Assembly: GCA_964203045.1 (NCBI GenBank)
Contig: CAXNKU010000002.1
Coordinates: 7,269-71,268 of the forward strand
Length of the DNA stretch: 64,000 nt
Direction: 5' to 3'
Origin: Gaiellales bacterium
Lineage (GTDB): Bacteria; Actinomycetota; Thermoleophilia; Gaiellales; F1-60-MAGs149
The translations under genes and the position numbers were made by a program. This document shows positions 31,348 to 40,922 of the stretch, one piece after another. Position 1 is the first letter of the stretch, and each line of letters opens with the position of its first letter. The notes beneath the pieces are model-generated. The model ran no database searches. It worked only from the letters and a program-made list of their open reading frames with translations, and was not told the DNA's origin.

Positions 31348-32637
31348 TTAGACCCCGAGCCTGCCAAAGGGAATCTCTGTGCGGGACAACACCTCGTCGA
31401 GACTGAAGGCCTGCTCGATGACAGCCGCATCGAGCGAGGCGGCGTCCGGGTCGGCGAGCACGAGATCGCGCAGGTGCTCGCCCGACTCCCAGGCCTGCAT
31501 CGCGTTGCGCTGAACGACCACGTAGGCATCTTCTCGCGATAGTCCGGCTTCCACGAGTGCGAGCAAGACGCGGCCCGAGAACGGCAGGCCTTGCGAGGCG
31601 TCGAGGTTCTGGCGCATGCGCTCGGAGCGCACGACGAGCCCCTCCATCACCCAGCTGAACTTCGCGAGCATGTAGTCAAGCAAAATCGTCGAGTCGGCCA
31701 GCACCACGCGCTCGGCCGACGAGTGCGAAATGTCGCGCTCGTGCCAGAGCGGCACGTCTTCGAAGCCGACCACAGCGTTGCCTCGCAAGACCCGGGCAAG
31801 GCCAGAGATGCGCTCGCAGGTGATCGGATTCTTCTTGTGTGGCATCGCCGACGAGCCCTTCTGGCCCTTGCCAAACGGCTCCTCGGTCTCGCGGACCTCG
31901 CTGCGTTGCAGGTGCCGGAGCTCGGTCGCAAAGCGGTCGAGGGACGAGCCGGTGATAGCGATCGCGGCGAGAAACTCGGCATGGCGATCGCGCGCGACAA
32001 CCTGGGTCGATGCGGGCTCGACGTCGAGGCCAAGCAGTGCGAGCACGCGCTCCTCCACGAGTGGGTCGATGTTGCCGTAGGCACCAACGGCACCCGACAG
32101 CTTGCCAACGCTGACCCCATCGGTGGCTCGAGTCAGACGCGCGTGCGCACGGTCGAGTTCGAAGACCCAACCCAGCAGCTTGAGCCCGAACGTTGTGGGC
32201 TCGGCGTGCACGCCGTGTGTGCGACCCATGCAGGGCGTGGCGCGGTGCTCGAGCGCACGCGCCAGGACGGTGGCGCGGGCGAGCTCGACGCCGCGGAGCA
32301 ACTGCGCTCCAGCGTCGCGCAACTGCAGCGCAAGACCCGTGTCGACAACATCCGAGGAAGTCAGGCCGTAATGAAACCACCGCGATGGCTCGCCAACCTG
32401 CTCGGCGACCGTCTCCGTAAAAGCAATCACATCGTGGTGAGTGCGCTCCTCAATCTCCTTCGAGCGCGCGACATCTACCTTGGCCCCAGCGCGAATCGCA
32501 GCCGCATCGGCGGCTGGCACGACGCCGAGTTCGACGTGTGCATCGAGCGCCGCCAGTTCCACTTCAAGCCATGCGCCGAGGCGCCTGTCGTCGGTCCAGA
32601 CGGCGCCCATCTCCGGTCGCGTGTAGCGGGCGATCAC
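31348..32637 (-). CDS. purB: Adenylosuccinate lyase
   Basis: HYGLTSSD, GRTHGVHAEP and SSAMPHKKNP. Confidence 0.97.
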   Translation of the reverse strand: MIARYTRPEMGAVWTDDRRLGAWLEVELAALDAHVELGVVPAADAAAIRAGAKVDVARSKEIEERTHHDVIAFTETVAEQVGEPSRWFHYGLTSSDVVDTGLALQLRDAGAQLLRGVELARATVLARALEHRATPCMGRTHGVHAEPTTFGLKLLGWVFELDRAHARLTRATDGVSVGKLSGAVGAYGNIDPLVEERVLALLGLDVEPASTQVVARDRHAEFLAAIAITGSSLDRFATELRHLQRSEVRETEEPFGKGQKGSSAMPHKKNPITCERISGLARVLRGNAVVGFEDVPLWHERDISHSSAERVVLADSTILLDYMLAKFSWVMEGLVVRSERMRQNLDASQGLPFSGRVLLALVEAGLSREDAYVVVQRNAMQAWESGEHLRDLVLADPDAASLDAAVIEQAFSLDEVLSRTEIPFGRLGV

Positions 32638-32687
32638 CCTATAGACACTAGTCGGAGAGCCGGATGGCGGCTCCCCTCACCTCGTCG

Positions 32688-33953
32688 CTAGCCCTGCGAG
32701 TCGGAGCCGATGTCGTCGCGACGCTGCATGCCGTCGAATGACACCTTGTTGGCCGCTGCGTACGCCGCAGCCCGTGCTCCGTCGGCATCGGCGCCGCGTG
32801 CGACGACGGCGAGCACGCGTCCGCCAGCCGTGACGACCTTGCCGTTTGCAATCGCAGTGCCTGCCTGGAAGACGGCGGTGTCGCGCATGATCGATGCATC
32901 GGCGAGGCCACTAATTGGGTTGCCGGATTCGGACGATTCGGGATAGCCCCGCGAGGCCAGCACGATCGCCACGGCCGAACCCCCGTAGGTCTTGAGCGGC
33001 CGCTCTTCGAGCTCGCCCTTGGCGCACGCCATCAGCCACGGCAGCAGGTCCTCGCCGAGGCGCGGCAACACAGCCTGTGTTTCGGGATCACCAAAGCGGA
33101 CGTTAAATTCGAGTACGCGCGGGCCGGTCTCGGTCAGCATCAGGCCGGCGTAGAGGCAACCGCTGAAGCGAATGCCACGGCGCGTCAATTCCATCAGGAT
33201 CGGCTTATGGACGGTGTCGACAATCTGTTGCGCCTGCTCGTCGCTGACTCCCGGTGCGGGCGAAATTGCGCCCATGCCGCCCGTATTGGGACCGGTGCCG
33301 CCCTCGCCAATGCGCTTGTAGTCGCGCGCGCTCGGCAGGGGCACAGCCGCCTCACCGTCGCAGAGAGCGAGCACCGAAACCTCTGGGCCCTCCATCCGCT
33401 CCTCAATCACGAGCACGCTGCCTGCGCTGCCCAGCGAGCCACCAAGCAACTCCTCGGCTGCGCGCTCGGCCTCGGTCGCGCCGTCGCAGACGATCACACC
33501 CTTGCCCGCTGCAAGCCCATCGGCCTTGACGACGCACGCGCCTCCGAGCGCACCGATTGCCAGCTTAGCTCCCGCAAAGTCGGTGACGGTGTACGACTCG
33601 GCAGTATCCACGCCGGCCGCATCGAGCAGCTGTTTCGTGAAGGCCTTCGAGCCCTCCATCTTCGCTGCGGCTGCGCCCGGTCCAAACGTCGCGATGCCGA
33701 TGTGGCGCAGCTCGTCGGCGAGGCCCAGCACCAACGGAACCTCCGGGCCGATCACCACGAGATCGACTGCGAGGTCGCGCGACAACGCGACAAGACCCTC
33801 GATGTCATCGGCCACGACAGGGTGGCACTTGGCAATCATCGAGATGCCGGGATTACCCGGTGCAGCATGCACTTCGAGGCAGTGCGGACTCGCAGCGATC
33901 GAGGCGGCCAGGGCGTGCTCGCGGCCACCCGAGCCAACGATCAGAACCCTCAA
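32688..33953 (-). CDS. purD: Phosphoribosylamine-glycine ligase
   Basis: GSGGREHAL, KADGLAAGKGV, GPNTGGMG and EFNVRFGDPE. Confidence 0.97.
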   Translation of the reverse strand: MRVLIVGSGGREHALAASIAASPHCLEVHAAPGNPGISMIAKCHPVVADDIEGLVALSRDLAVDLVVIGPEVPLVLGLADELRHIGIATFGPGAAAAKMEGSKAFTKQLLDAAGVDTAESYTVTDFAGAKLAIGALGGACVVKADGLAAGKGVIVCDGATEAERAAEELLGGSLGSAGSVLVIEERMEGPEVSVLALCDGEAAVPLPSARDYKRIGEGGTGPNTGGMGAISPAPGVSDEQAQQIVDTVHKPILMELTRRGIRFSGCLYAGLMLTETGPRVLEFNVRFGDPETQAVLPRLGEDLLPWLMACAKGELEERPLKTYGGSAVAIVLASRGYPESSESGNPISGLADASIMRDTAVFQAGTAIANGKVVTAGGRVLAVVARGADADGARAAAYAAANKVSFDGMQRRDDIGSDSQG

Positions 33954-35257
33954 CGCGCGCTCCGCGCCACCGCATCCATACCGTGCGGTGCCAACACCTG
34001 ATCGCGACGCACGCCAACGCCAACCAGCGTGACGGGAATCCCGAGCTGGTCGGCAACCCAGTCAACGTAGTCGCGCGCGGCCTGTGGCAGTTGCTCCCAC
34101 TCAGTGGCGTCGGAGATATCCGTGCCCCAACCTGGTCGCTCTTCCCAGACCGGTGCGGCATGGTGAAAGTCGGATTGGTGCGCAGGAAACTCTTCGGTGA
34201 TCGTGCCGTCGGGCAGCTTGTAGGCCACACAGACGGGGATCGTGTCGAACTCGGAGAGCACGTCGAGCTTGGTCAGCACGAGCTCGGTCAGGCCGTTGAG
34301 TCGCACCGCATAGCGCAGGCCGACCAAGTCGAGCCAACCGCAGCGACGCTCGCGTCCAGTCGTCGTGCCGAACTCGGCACCGATGTCGCGGATCTTCGTG
34401 CCGCGCTCTTCGTCGGCCTCGCTCGGGAATGGCCCCGCACCCACGCGCGTCAGGTACGCCTTGGCGATGCCAAGCACGCTATCGATCTTGGTCGGTCCGA
34501 CGCCGGTACCTGTGCAGGCACCGCCGGCGATCGGGTTCGACGAGGTGACGAAGGGGTACGTGCCGTTGTCGAGGTCGAGCAGTGTGCCTTGGGCGCCTTC
34601 AAACAACACGCGCTTGCCGGCCTTCAAGGCCTGGTCGATCAAGAGCGACGTGTCGGCCGCGTACGGCTTGAGTCGCTCCGCGTAGACCGCGATCTCGTCG
34701 CAGATCGCGTTCGGATAGAGCGGTCCCTGGTCGCGGCCGCGCAGGATCTCGCGGTTGCGGATTGCGAGGGCCGCAGCGACCTTCTTCTGCAGGATGCCGA
34801 GGTCGAAGAGGTCCTGGACGCGGATCCCGACGCGCGACGCCTTGTCGGCGTAAGCCGGGCCGATACCACGACGCGTGGTACCGATCTGCAGCGAGCCGAG
34901 GCTGACCTCGTTCTGCGAGTCGAGCAGACGGTGCCAGGGCATGATCACGTGCGCATTCATCGAGATGCGCAAACCTGCCGTCGAGCGCCCACGCGCCTCG
35001 AGCGCGTCGAGCTCTCCACAGAGCACCTCGGGATCAATTACGACGCCGTTGCCGAGGACGCAAATCTTGTCGGGCTCGAGGATGCCGCTGGGAAGCAAGT
35101 GGAACTTGAAGGTCTCATCGCCATGCACGACCGTGTGGCCCGCATTGTTGCCACCCTGGTAGCGCGCCACGATCTCGAATCGCTCAGCGAGCAGGTCGAC
35201 GATCTTGCCTTTGCCCTCATCGCCCCACTGGGCTCCAACAACCACTGCTCCGCTCAT
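33950..35257 (-). CDS. purA: Adenylosuccinate synthetase
   Basis: QWGDEGKGK, GGNNAGHT and EFGTTTGRERRCGW. Confidence 0.97.
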   Translation of the reverse strand: MSGAVVVGAQWGDEGKGKIVDLLAERFEIVARYQGGNNAGHTVVHGDETFKFHLLPSGILEPDKICVLGNGVVIDPEVLCGELDALEARGRSTAGLRISMNAHVIMPWHRLLDSQNEVSLGSLQIGTTRRGIGPAYADKASRVGIRVQDLFDLGILQKKVAAALAIRNREILRGRDQGPLYPNAICDEIAVYAERLKPYAADTSLLIDQALKAGKRVLFEGAQGTLLDLDNGTYPFVTSSNPIAGGACTGTGVGPTKIDSVLGIAKAYLTRVGAGPFPSEADEERGTKIRDIGAEFGTTTGRERRCGWLDLVGLRYAVRLNGLTELVLTKLDVLSEFDTIPVCVAYKLPDGTITEEFPAHQSDFHHAAPVWEERPGWGTDISDATEWEQLPQAARDYVDWVADQLGIPVTLVGVGVRRDQVLAPHGMDAVARSAR

Positions 35258-37885
35258 TTACGCCTCTCCCCTTGCAAGATCCGAGAACGTCGTGAAGTGC
35301 GGCATGAACGCGAGGTCCACCGCACCAACCGCACCGTTACGGTGCTTCGCCACGATCAGCTCGGCAATACCGGGCTTTTCGGACGTCTCTTTATTGTAGT
35401 AATCGTCTCGGTAGATAAACATCACGACGTCCGCGTCTTGCTCGATCGAGTTATGGACGATGATGTCTTCCGCCACGAAATTGTGGAGCCCCGTAACGGT
35501 GAGGTCGAAGACCTCTTCCTCTCCGTCGAGCTCGATGCGCGTAACTGCATCCCAGGTGACTTGCCCATCAGCCAGTCGGCGCAGCTCGTCGCTGCCGGTG
35601 ATGTCGGCGACACGGCGAGCACGCTCACGACCGAGGCCCGAGCGATAGAGCGAGGAGCCGCTGTACTGCATGCCAAGACCGGACTGCAACGCTCGCGTCG
35701 TCACGCCCGCAACCGCGAGCTGCGGCTTCACGATCGTCTGCCACGCAGAAGCGGGGATGACATCGACGTTGCTGTTGGCAACGCGACCCTCGAGCATTGT
35801 GCGGATCGAGGACAGATGAACAGCGCGTTGACCAAGACAGCCAACCGCCGTGACAAACGTGTACTGGCTGTCGTGTGATTCGATATCCACCGTGTACGAG
35901 CAATGTGTCGACCGAGCGTCGTCGCGCACACGCAGCGCAGAGGTGATGCCAAGCCGCAGCAGCAAGTGCTGGACGTCGTGTGCAAGGTCGCGGCTTGTCG
36001 TCGCATAGTAGATCCGGGACGACCGACCATCGGCGGCCGCCCAGACACTGCCATCCGTCGACCATAGGTGCCGGAGGAATAGTGCAATCAATTCGTCCGA
36101 CTGTTCGAAGATGCGCGCCGGAACGCTCTTTTCCCACGCGCGATAGCCGAATGCCCCGAGACCGTCGAGCCACGCTGCGATGGGGTTACGACGCCCCCGG
36201 GCTAGTCGCTGTGTCGCTGGCAGGTACGTCTGGAACCACGTGCGTTCGGGGCTGACTCGAGGGGTGATAGTGGTACCGAAGACCGACGATGCAAGGCCCG
36301 CAACGAGTTCGGCGAGCGGCCGTTCGGCCGTCGTGTACTGGATTGCGTGTCGGGGCAGCGTGCAGCCATCACCGATCAGGTGTCCAAGCAATGCCACCTC
36401 ATTCGGCTGCATGTCGCCGTACGTATCCGCGGGCAACTCGACCGGCACAGCGAGGCGATCACCAATCTTGAGTTGATCGAGTCGCTGCCAGTCGCCGAGC
36501 AATCGAAAACGGTGATTACCAGTCGCCCGAATCGTGCGACCCGACGCCAGCGTCAACCGGTAGACGGGCTTAACCCCAGTCGAGAACGCGTTGGTGACGA
36601 CGCGACGCTCAAGTTCCCAGGTCTCCGGGTTGACGGCTAGCACGCACTCGCCAATGCGACCGCTCATCTGATCCATCCGGATGCGCTCGCCGGAATCCGG
36701 CAGAAAGACGCGAGTGTCACCCGTCAGGCAGCCACTTTCACGAAGGTCCGACAGGAGCGGGCGCTTGTCGGTGCGCGACTCGACGGCACGCGAAAGCTGC
36801 GACAGGGCGAGGACGGGAATGTTTAGTTCGCGGGCCAGCACCTTGAGGGATCGCGAGATCTGGCTGATCTCTTGCACGCGGGATTCTGCCGTGTCGTTGG
36901 CGCTCATCAACTGGAGGTAGTCGACCAAGACGAGTCCGAGGTTCGGCTCCTTCATCTTGAGGCGCCGCGCCTTCGAGCGGATCTCCATCAGATTGATACC
37001 GGCCGTGTCGTCGACGTAGATCGGTGCCGTGGTGAGTCGGTTACAGGCGTCTTGGACGCGAACCCAATCCTCGTCGCGCAGGTCGCCGCGGCGCATCCGG
37101 GTCGAGTCCACACGCGCCTCGGAGGAGATGAAGCGCTGGGCGATTTCGTTGCGGGACATCTCGAGGCTGAAGATGACGACCGGAATTTTTGCCTCGACGC
37201 CAAGATGGCGGGCGATGCCGAGCGCGAGCGACGTCTTGCCCATCGCCGGACGGGCAGCGAGGATGACGAGGTTCGAGGCCTGGAAGCCCGAGGTGATCTT
37301 GTCGAGCGAATTGAGCCCCGAGGGTGCGCCGGTCAGACCACGGTGCTCGCCCGCCGCCTCCATCCGCTCGACCTCTTCCGGCAAGAGTTCGGAAAGCGGG
37401 ATCAGCTCGCTCGTGTTGCGCGATTGGGCCACGTCGAAGATGGCCGACTCGGCCTGATCGAGAATCTGTCTGACATCGCCCTGACGCTGATAGCCGAGCT
37501 GGGCGATCTCGAGACCGGCGGCAGCAACTCGTCGCATGATTGCCACGTCGCGGACGATCTGCGCGTGGCTCTTGGCATTTGCGGCGACCGTCACACTCGA
37601 CGAGAGGCCGAAGATAAAGCCGCGGCCCCCAACGTCTTCGAGCTTGCCCATTCGCTCCAGCTCGTCCGAGACGGTGACGGCATCGATTGGCTCGCTGCGC
37701 GTCAGCAGCGCGAGAATTGCGCGGAAGACCGTGCCGTGGGCTTCGCGATAGAAATCGCCGGGATCCCTGATCACGTCAGAGACCGTCAAGACGGCCTGCT
37801 CGTTGATCATCATCGCGCCGAGGACAGCCTCCTCAGCATCGAGGTCTTGGGGCGGGAGATTCGCCCCTTCTGGCGCGGGCGGCAT
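35258..37885 (-). CDS. dnaB: Replicative DNA helicase containing an intein
   Basis: AARPAMGKT, VDYLQL, LSQLSR, SDLRESG | intein | SIEQDAD. Confidence 0.97.
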   Translation of the reverse strand: MPPAPEGANLPPQDLDAEEAVLGAMMINEQAVLTVSDVIRDPGDFYREAHGTVFRAILALLTRSEPIDAVTVSDELERMGKLEDVGGRGFIFGLSSSVTVAANAKSHAQIVRDVAIMRRVAAAGLEIAQLGYQRQGDVRQILDQAESAIFDVAQSRNTSELIPLSELLPEEVERMEAAGEHRGLTGAPSGLNSLDKITSGFQASNLVILAARPAMGKTSLALGIARHLGVEAKIPVVIFSLEMSRNEIAQRFISSEARVDSTRMRRGDLRDEDWVRVQDACNRLTTAPIYVDDTAGINLMEIRSKARRLKMKEPNLGLVLVDYLQLMSANDTAESRVQEISQISRSLKVLARELNIPVLALSQLSRAVESRTDKRPLLSDLRESGCLTGDTRVFLPDSGERIRMDQMSGRIGECVLAVNPETWELERRVVTNAFSTGVKPVYRLTLASGRTIRATGNHRFRLLGDWQRLDQLKIGDRLAVPVELPADTYGDMQPNEVALLGHLIGDGCTLPRHAIQYTTAERPLAELVAGLASSVFGTTITPRVSPERTWFQTYLPATQRLARGRRNPIAAWLDGLGAFGYRAWEKSVPARIFEQSDELIALFLRHLWSTDGSVWAAADGRSSRIYYATTSRDLAHDVQHLLLRLGITSALRVRDDARSTHCSYTVDIESHDSQYTFVTAVGCLGQRAVHLSSIRTMLEGRVANSNVDVIPASAWQTIVKPQLAVAGVTTRALQSGLGMQYSGSSLYRSGLGRERARRVADITGSDELRRLADGQVTWDAVTRIELDGEEEVFDLTVTGLHNFVAEDIIVHNSIEQDADVVMFIYRDDYYNKETSEKPGIAELIVAKHRNGAVGAVDLAFMPHFTTFSDLARGEA
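35450..36730 (-). mobile_element. DnaB intein (427 aa) with a LAGLIDADG homing endonuclease
   Basis: Begins CLTGDT after LRESG and ends IIVHN before Ser; block B ATGNH; endonuclease motifs LLGHLIGDG and FLRHLWSTDG. Confidence 0.95.
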
Positions 37886-37897
37886 CCCGCCGCCTCG

Positions 37898-38464
37898 CTA
37901 CTCGTCCGTCTCGGCCACCGCGTCAGCGTCAGCGGGGGCGTCGACAACTTCTTCGACAACCACTGCTTCGGCGACGGGAGCCTCTTCGAACTCGAAGCCC
38001 TCGGCCTGGACAACCTGCGTCTTGACGGCCGCACGGACATCAGTGAACACGTCGATCTCGACGAGATACGAGCCAATCGCCTTGATCGGCTCTTCGAGCC
38101 GGATCTTGCGGCGGTCGACACGAATCTTGCGCGAGCGCCAGATCTCGTCGGCGAGATCGGCAGCCGTGACGGAGCCGTAGAGGCGTCCATCCGGGCCGGT
38201 TCGAGCCGGGATCGTGAGCACCGTCTTGGTCAGCAGCGCAGCGATGTCGTGCGCCTGCTCGGCTGTGCGAGCCTCCTGCGCGGCGCGCGTCGCGGCCAGT
38301 CCCTCGACCTCACGGACGCGAGCGGGAGTCGCCTCCTCGGCCAGCTTGCGCGGGACGAGGTAGTTGCGGAGGTAGCCACGGGAGACCGCGACGATCTCGC
38401 CACGGTGCCCGAGATGCTCGACGTCGTCGAGCAGGATTGCCTTGCGATTTGCGGTGCGTGCCAT
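37898..38464 (-). CDS. rplI: 50S ribosomal protein L9
   Basis: LGHRGEIVAVSRGYLRNYLVP and GRLYGSVT. Confidence 0.96.
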   Translation of the reverse strand: MARTANRKAILLDDVEHLGHRGEIVAVSRGYLRNYLVPRKLAEEATPARVREVEGLAATRAAQEARTAEQAHDIAALLTKTVLTIPARTGPDGRLYGSVTAADLADEIWRSRKIRVDRRKIRLEEPIKAIGSYLVEIDVFTDVRAAVKTQVVQAEGFEFEEAPVAEAVVVEEVVDAPADADAVAETDE

Positions 38465-38481
38465 CGGTCAGTCCTCGTACG

Positions 38482-38946
38482 TCAGAAGGGAATGTCGTCG
38501 TCTTGCGCAGCGCCGCCACCGGCCCACGCATCAGGAATATCTGCAGCTGGCTCCGGCGTGGAGGTCGGTGCGGAGTACTCGCCGCCGCCACCACCACTGC
38601 CGCCACCCTCGCGGGGACCAATGAACTGCACGGTGTCTGCAATCACTTCAACGCGCTCGCGCTTGCCCGAGCCATCCTTGGCCTCGTACTCGCTCCACGA
38701 CAGGCGGCCGTCGACGGCGACCTGGCGGCCCTTGGCGAGGTAGCGAGAGATGTTCTCGGCCTGCGCACCAAAGGTGGTGACATTGAAGTAATTCGGCTCT
38801 TCGACCCATTCGCCCGTATCGCCCTTTTTGCGGCGATTGTTGACGGCGATGCGGATCGTGCACACAGCGAGCCCACTGCCCGTTGCGCGCAGCTCGGGAT
38901 CGCGAGTGAGATTGCCGACCAGAATAACTCGATTGATGTTCGCCAT
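38482..38946 (-). CDS. ssb: Single-stranded DNA-binding protein
   Basis: NRVILVGNLTRDPELR; C-terminal DDDIPF. Confidence 0.98.
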   Translation of the reverse strand: MANINRVILVGNLTRDPELRATGSGLAVCTIRIAVNNRRKKGDTGEWVEEPNYFNVTTFGAQAENISRYLAKGRQVAVDGRLSWSEYEAKDGSGKRERVEVIADTVQFIGPREGGGSGGGGGEYSAPTSTPEPAADIPDAWAGGGAAQDDDIPF

Positions 38947-39045
38947 TGGGGTGACCTTTCTACGACGTGTATCCGAGAGTCGATCGTTATCGGTATCGCG
39001 TTACACGGAGCCTACGGCTTCGCGCGCGCAATGACCAGACCGACA

Positions 39046-39366
39046 TCAGGAACCCGCCGCAGCCTCCGTCTTCCGCGACGGTCGTGCCTGATGTACGGCC
39101 TTATGTCGCAGAACTTCGTCGGTGATCGAGAGAACGCGCTCGGCCTCATCAAGGGTCGCGGGGTTCGAGGTGAAGCGAATCACCCAGTAGTCGCCCTCTT
39201 CGCGCTTCTTGATGGGGAACGTGAGCTTGCGACGACCCCAAGGATCGATCGCATCCCACGTGCCGCCGCCGCCGAGAATGATGTCGCGCACGCGGTGCAC
39301 GATCTCTTCCTGACGTGCCTCGTCCACTTCGGGGTCGAGGATCAGCATGAACTCGTAGGCGGTCAC
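39046..39366 (-). CDS. rpsF: 30S ribosomal protein S6
   Basis: YEFMLILDP, WGRRKLTFPIKK and DEVLRH; GTG start at 39366. Confidence 0.95.
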   Translation of the reverse strand: MTAYEFMLILDPEVDEARQEEIVHRVRDIILGGGGTWDAIDPWGRRKLTFPIKKREEGDYWVIRFTSNPATLDEAERVLSITDEVLRHKAVHQARPSRKTEAAAGS

Positions 39367-39492
39367 TCTTGTTCGAATCCTTTTGGAGGGTCTCGCGTCG
39401 CACAGACGCACGGCGGATAGCCGCGCGGAAGAAGATAGCAGCGCACGGCAGGTGGGGCGACGGGCAGGAGCATCGGCGCTACGCTGCGGTCT

Positions 39493-39864
39493 ATGCGACA
39501 GCGCACAATTATCTCTGGAGCGGCCGCGGGTGCGGCCATCGTGATCGCCGCTGGCGCGGCACTCGCACCACGTGCGTGGCGCAGGTTGCGTGGCGGAAAG
39601 CCTGTCGTAGAAACGTATGAGTCGGATTTCGATGCGCCGTACGGCGATCCCGAGGCCGACTTTGACCCGGAGGCCAACGCAGCAGTTCGCGACGAGTTGC
39701 GCACGAAGATCAGTGATCTTGAGACCGCCGCCGAGGCGCCAGTTGCGACGCCGGTCGAGGCAGACTTGATCGTCGACGGCGTTGTTGGACCCGATCCTGC
39801 GACCGAGGCTGCCCGTGCGCGTTTGCGCCAAAAAGCCGCTGAGGCGAAGCAGAAGTTCAGCTAA
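39493..39864 (+). CDS. Hypothetical protein with an N-terminal membrane anchor
   Basis: Hydrophobic GAAAGAAIVIAAGAAL followed by a basic patch and an acidic/coiled tail. Confidence 0.6.
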   Translation: MRQRTIISGAAAGAAIVIAAGAALAPRAWRRLRGGKPVVETYESDFDAPYGDPEADFDPEANAAVRDELRTKISDLETAAEAPVATPVEADLIVDGVVGPDPATEAARARLRQKAAEAKQKFS

Positions 39865-39888
39865 CCAACGGGATTTCGTCCCTGCTCG

Positions 39889-40578
39889 TTAGAGATGCAG
39901 CAGGGCAGCGAGCGGGTCGCGCAGTGCGTCCCAGGTGCCAGCAGGTGTTGCCGAGCCACAACCCGCCGCGCTGGCCAACATGGCGGTCTCCTCGAGCCAT
40001 TGTGCGAGCAGTGCGCCATCGACGAGATGGTTGAGCACCTCCGCTGGTGGGGTTGTCACCGGAATTGCGACTTGGTGCAGCACGGCGCCTCGGCGGCGAC
40101 GCTGGGCTAAACCGACCAGCTTGCGCCCATCGCCGAGCACAACCTCATACGGCGAGAGACCCGCCCAGCAGGCACGCCGGGCCGCAGCCTTGCGTGCATC
40201 GTCCATTGCTCGGGCCTCCTCCACGCCAACCGTGCGACAGTCGACGCCGAGTCCGGCGAGTGCGTGCTGCACCGCCTCGCCCAGCGGTCGGTAGGCCTCC
40301 GTCACATCCTCCGGCGCGAGCGCATGGCCCGCGGGCACGGCGAGGTCGATCAGCAGGACGCCTTCGTCGCAGAACACTGCGCCCCCACCCGTGCCGCGCT
40401 TGACCACGTCGACACCCGTCACCGCATCGGTCTCGGACTGCGCGGAGCCAAGCACGAGCGTGGGTTGCGACACGATCGTTGCCGCCAACCCAGCCTGCCC
40501 TTCAGCTGCTGCGGCAAGCAATGTCGCGCCCACCTCGATGTAGTCGCTGCCCGTCCGTCTAATCGGCGCGTCGCTCAC
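39889..40578 (-). CDS. Lipoate-protein ligase A / LipM-like catalytic domain
   Basis: LVLGSAQ, VVKRGTGGGAVF and GRKLVGLAQRR; start overlaps the csoR stop (GTGA). Confidence 0.85.
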   Translation of the reverse strand: MSDAPIRRTGSDYIEVGATLLAAAAEGQAGLAATIVSQPTLVLGSAQSETDAVTGVDVVKRGTGGGAVFCDEGVLLIDLAVPAGHALAPEDVTEAYRPLGEAVQHALAGLGVDCRTVGVEEARAMDDARKAAARRACWAGLSPYEVVLGDGRKLVGLAQRRRRGAVLHQVAIPVTTPPAEVLNHLVDGALLAQWLEETAMLASAAGCGSATPAGTWDALRDPLAALLHL

Positions 40579-40874
40579 GCGCGACGTCCGGCGAGTCGTC
40601 CAACAGCCGCCATCAACTCGTCGATGCGCTCCTCCTCGGAGCCCGGACCGTGCCCACCCACGACGCAGTGGCGCACGTGCTCATCCAGCACGCCAAGCGC
40701 AACCCGATCCAGCGCAGCCCGCGCGGCAGAGATCTGAGTCAGCACATCCATGCAGTACCGGTCTTCCTCGATCATCCGCGCGACACCGCGCACCTGACCC
40801 TCCGCGCGTGACAGTCGCTTGAGCAGCTCGTCTTTGGTTGCGGCGTAGCCGCCAGTGGCATCTCCGTGTTCCAT
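40575..40874 (-). CDS. csoR: Copper-sensing repressor CsoR
   Basis: RLSRAEGQVRG, RYCMDVLTQ and HVRHC (C-H-C ligand set); divergent from copA. Confidence 0.9.
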   Translation of the reverse strand: MEHGDATGGYAATKDELLKRLSRAEGQVRGVARMIEEDRYCMDVLTQISAARAALDRVALGVLDEHVRHCVVGGHGPGSEEERIDELMAAVGRLAGRRA

Positions 40875-40890
40875 GCAACACATCTTATAG

Positions 40891-40905
40891 TACCCCCCGG
40901 GGGTA
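40891..40905. promoter_or_regulatory. CsoR operator
   Basis: TACCCCCCGGGGGTA C/G-tract palindrome between csoR and copA, next to TATACT. Confidence 0.8.
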
Positions 40906-40922
40906 TGTATACTTTGACCGTT

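Noticed and set aside
39367..39492. S6:S18 autoregulatory leader upstream of rpsF
   Set aside because: Only a weak CCCTCC..AGGA hairpin is present, not enough to call.
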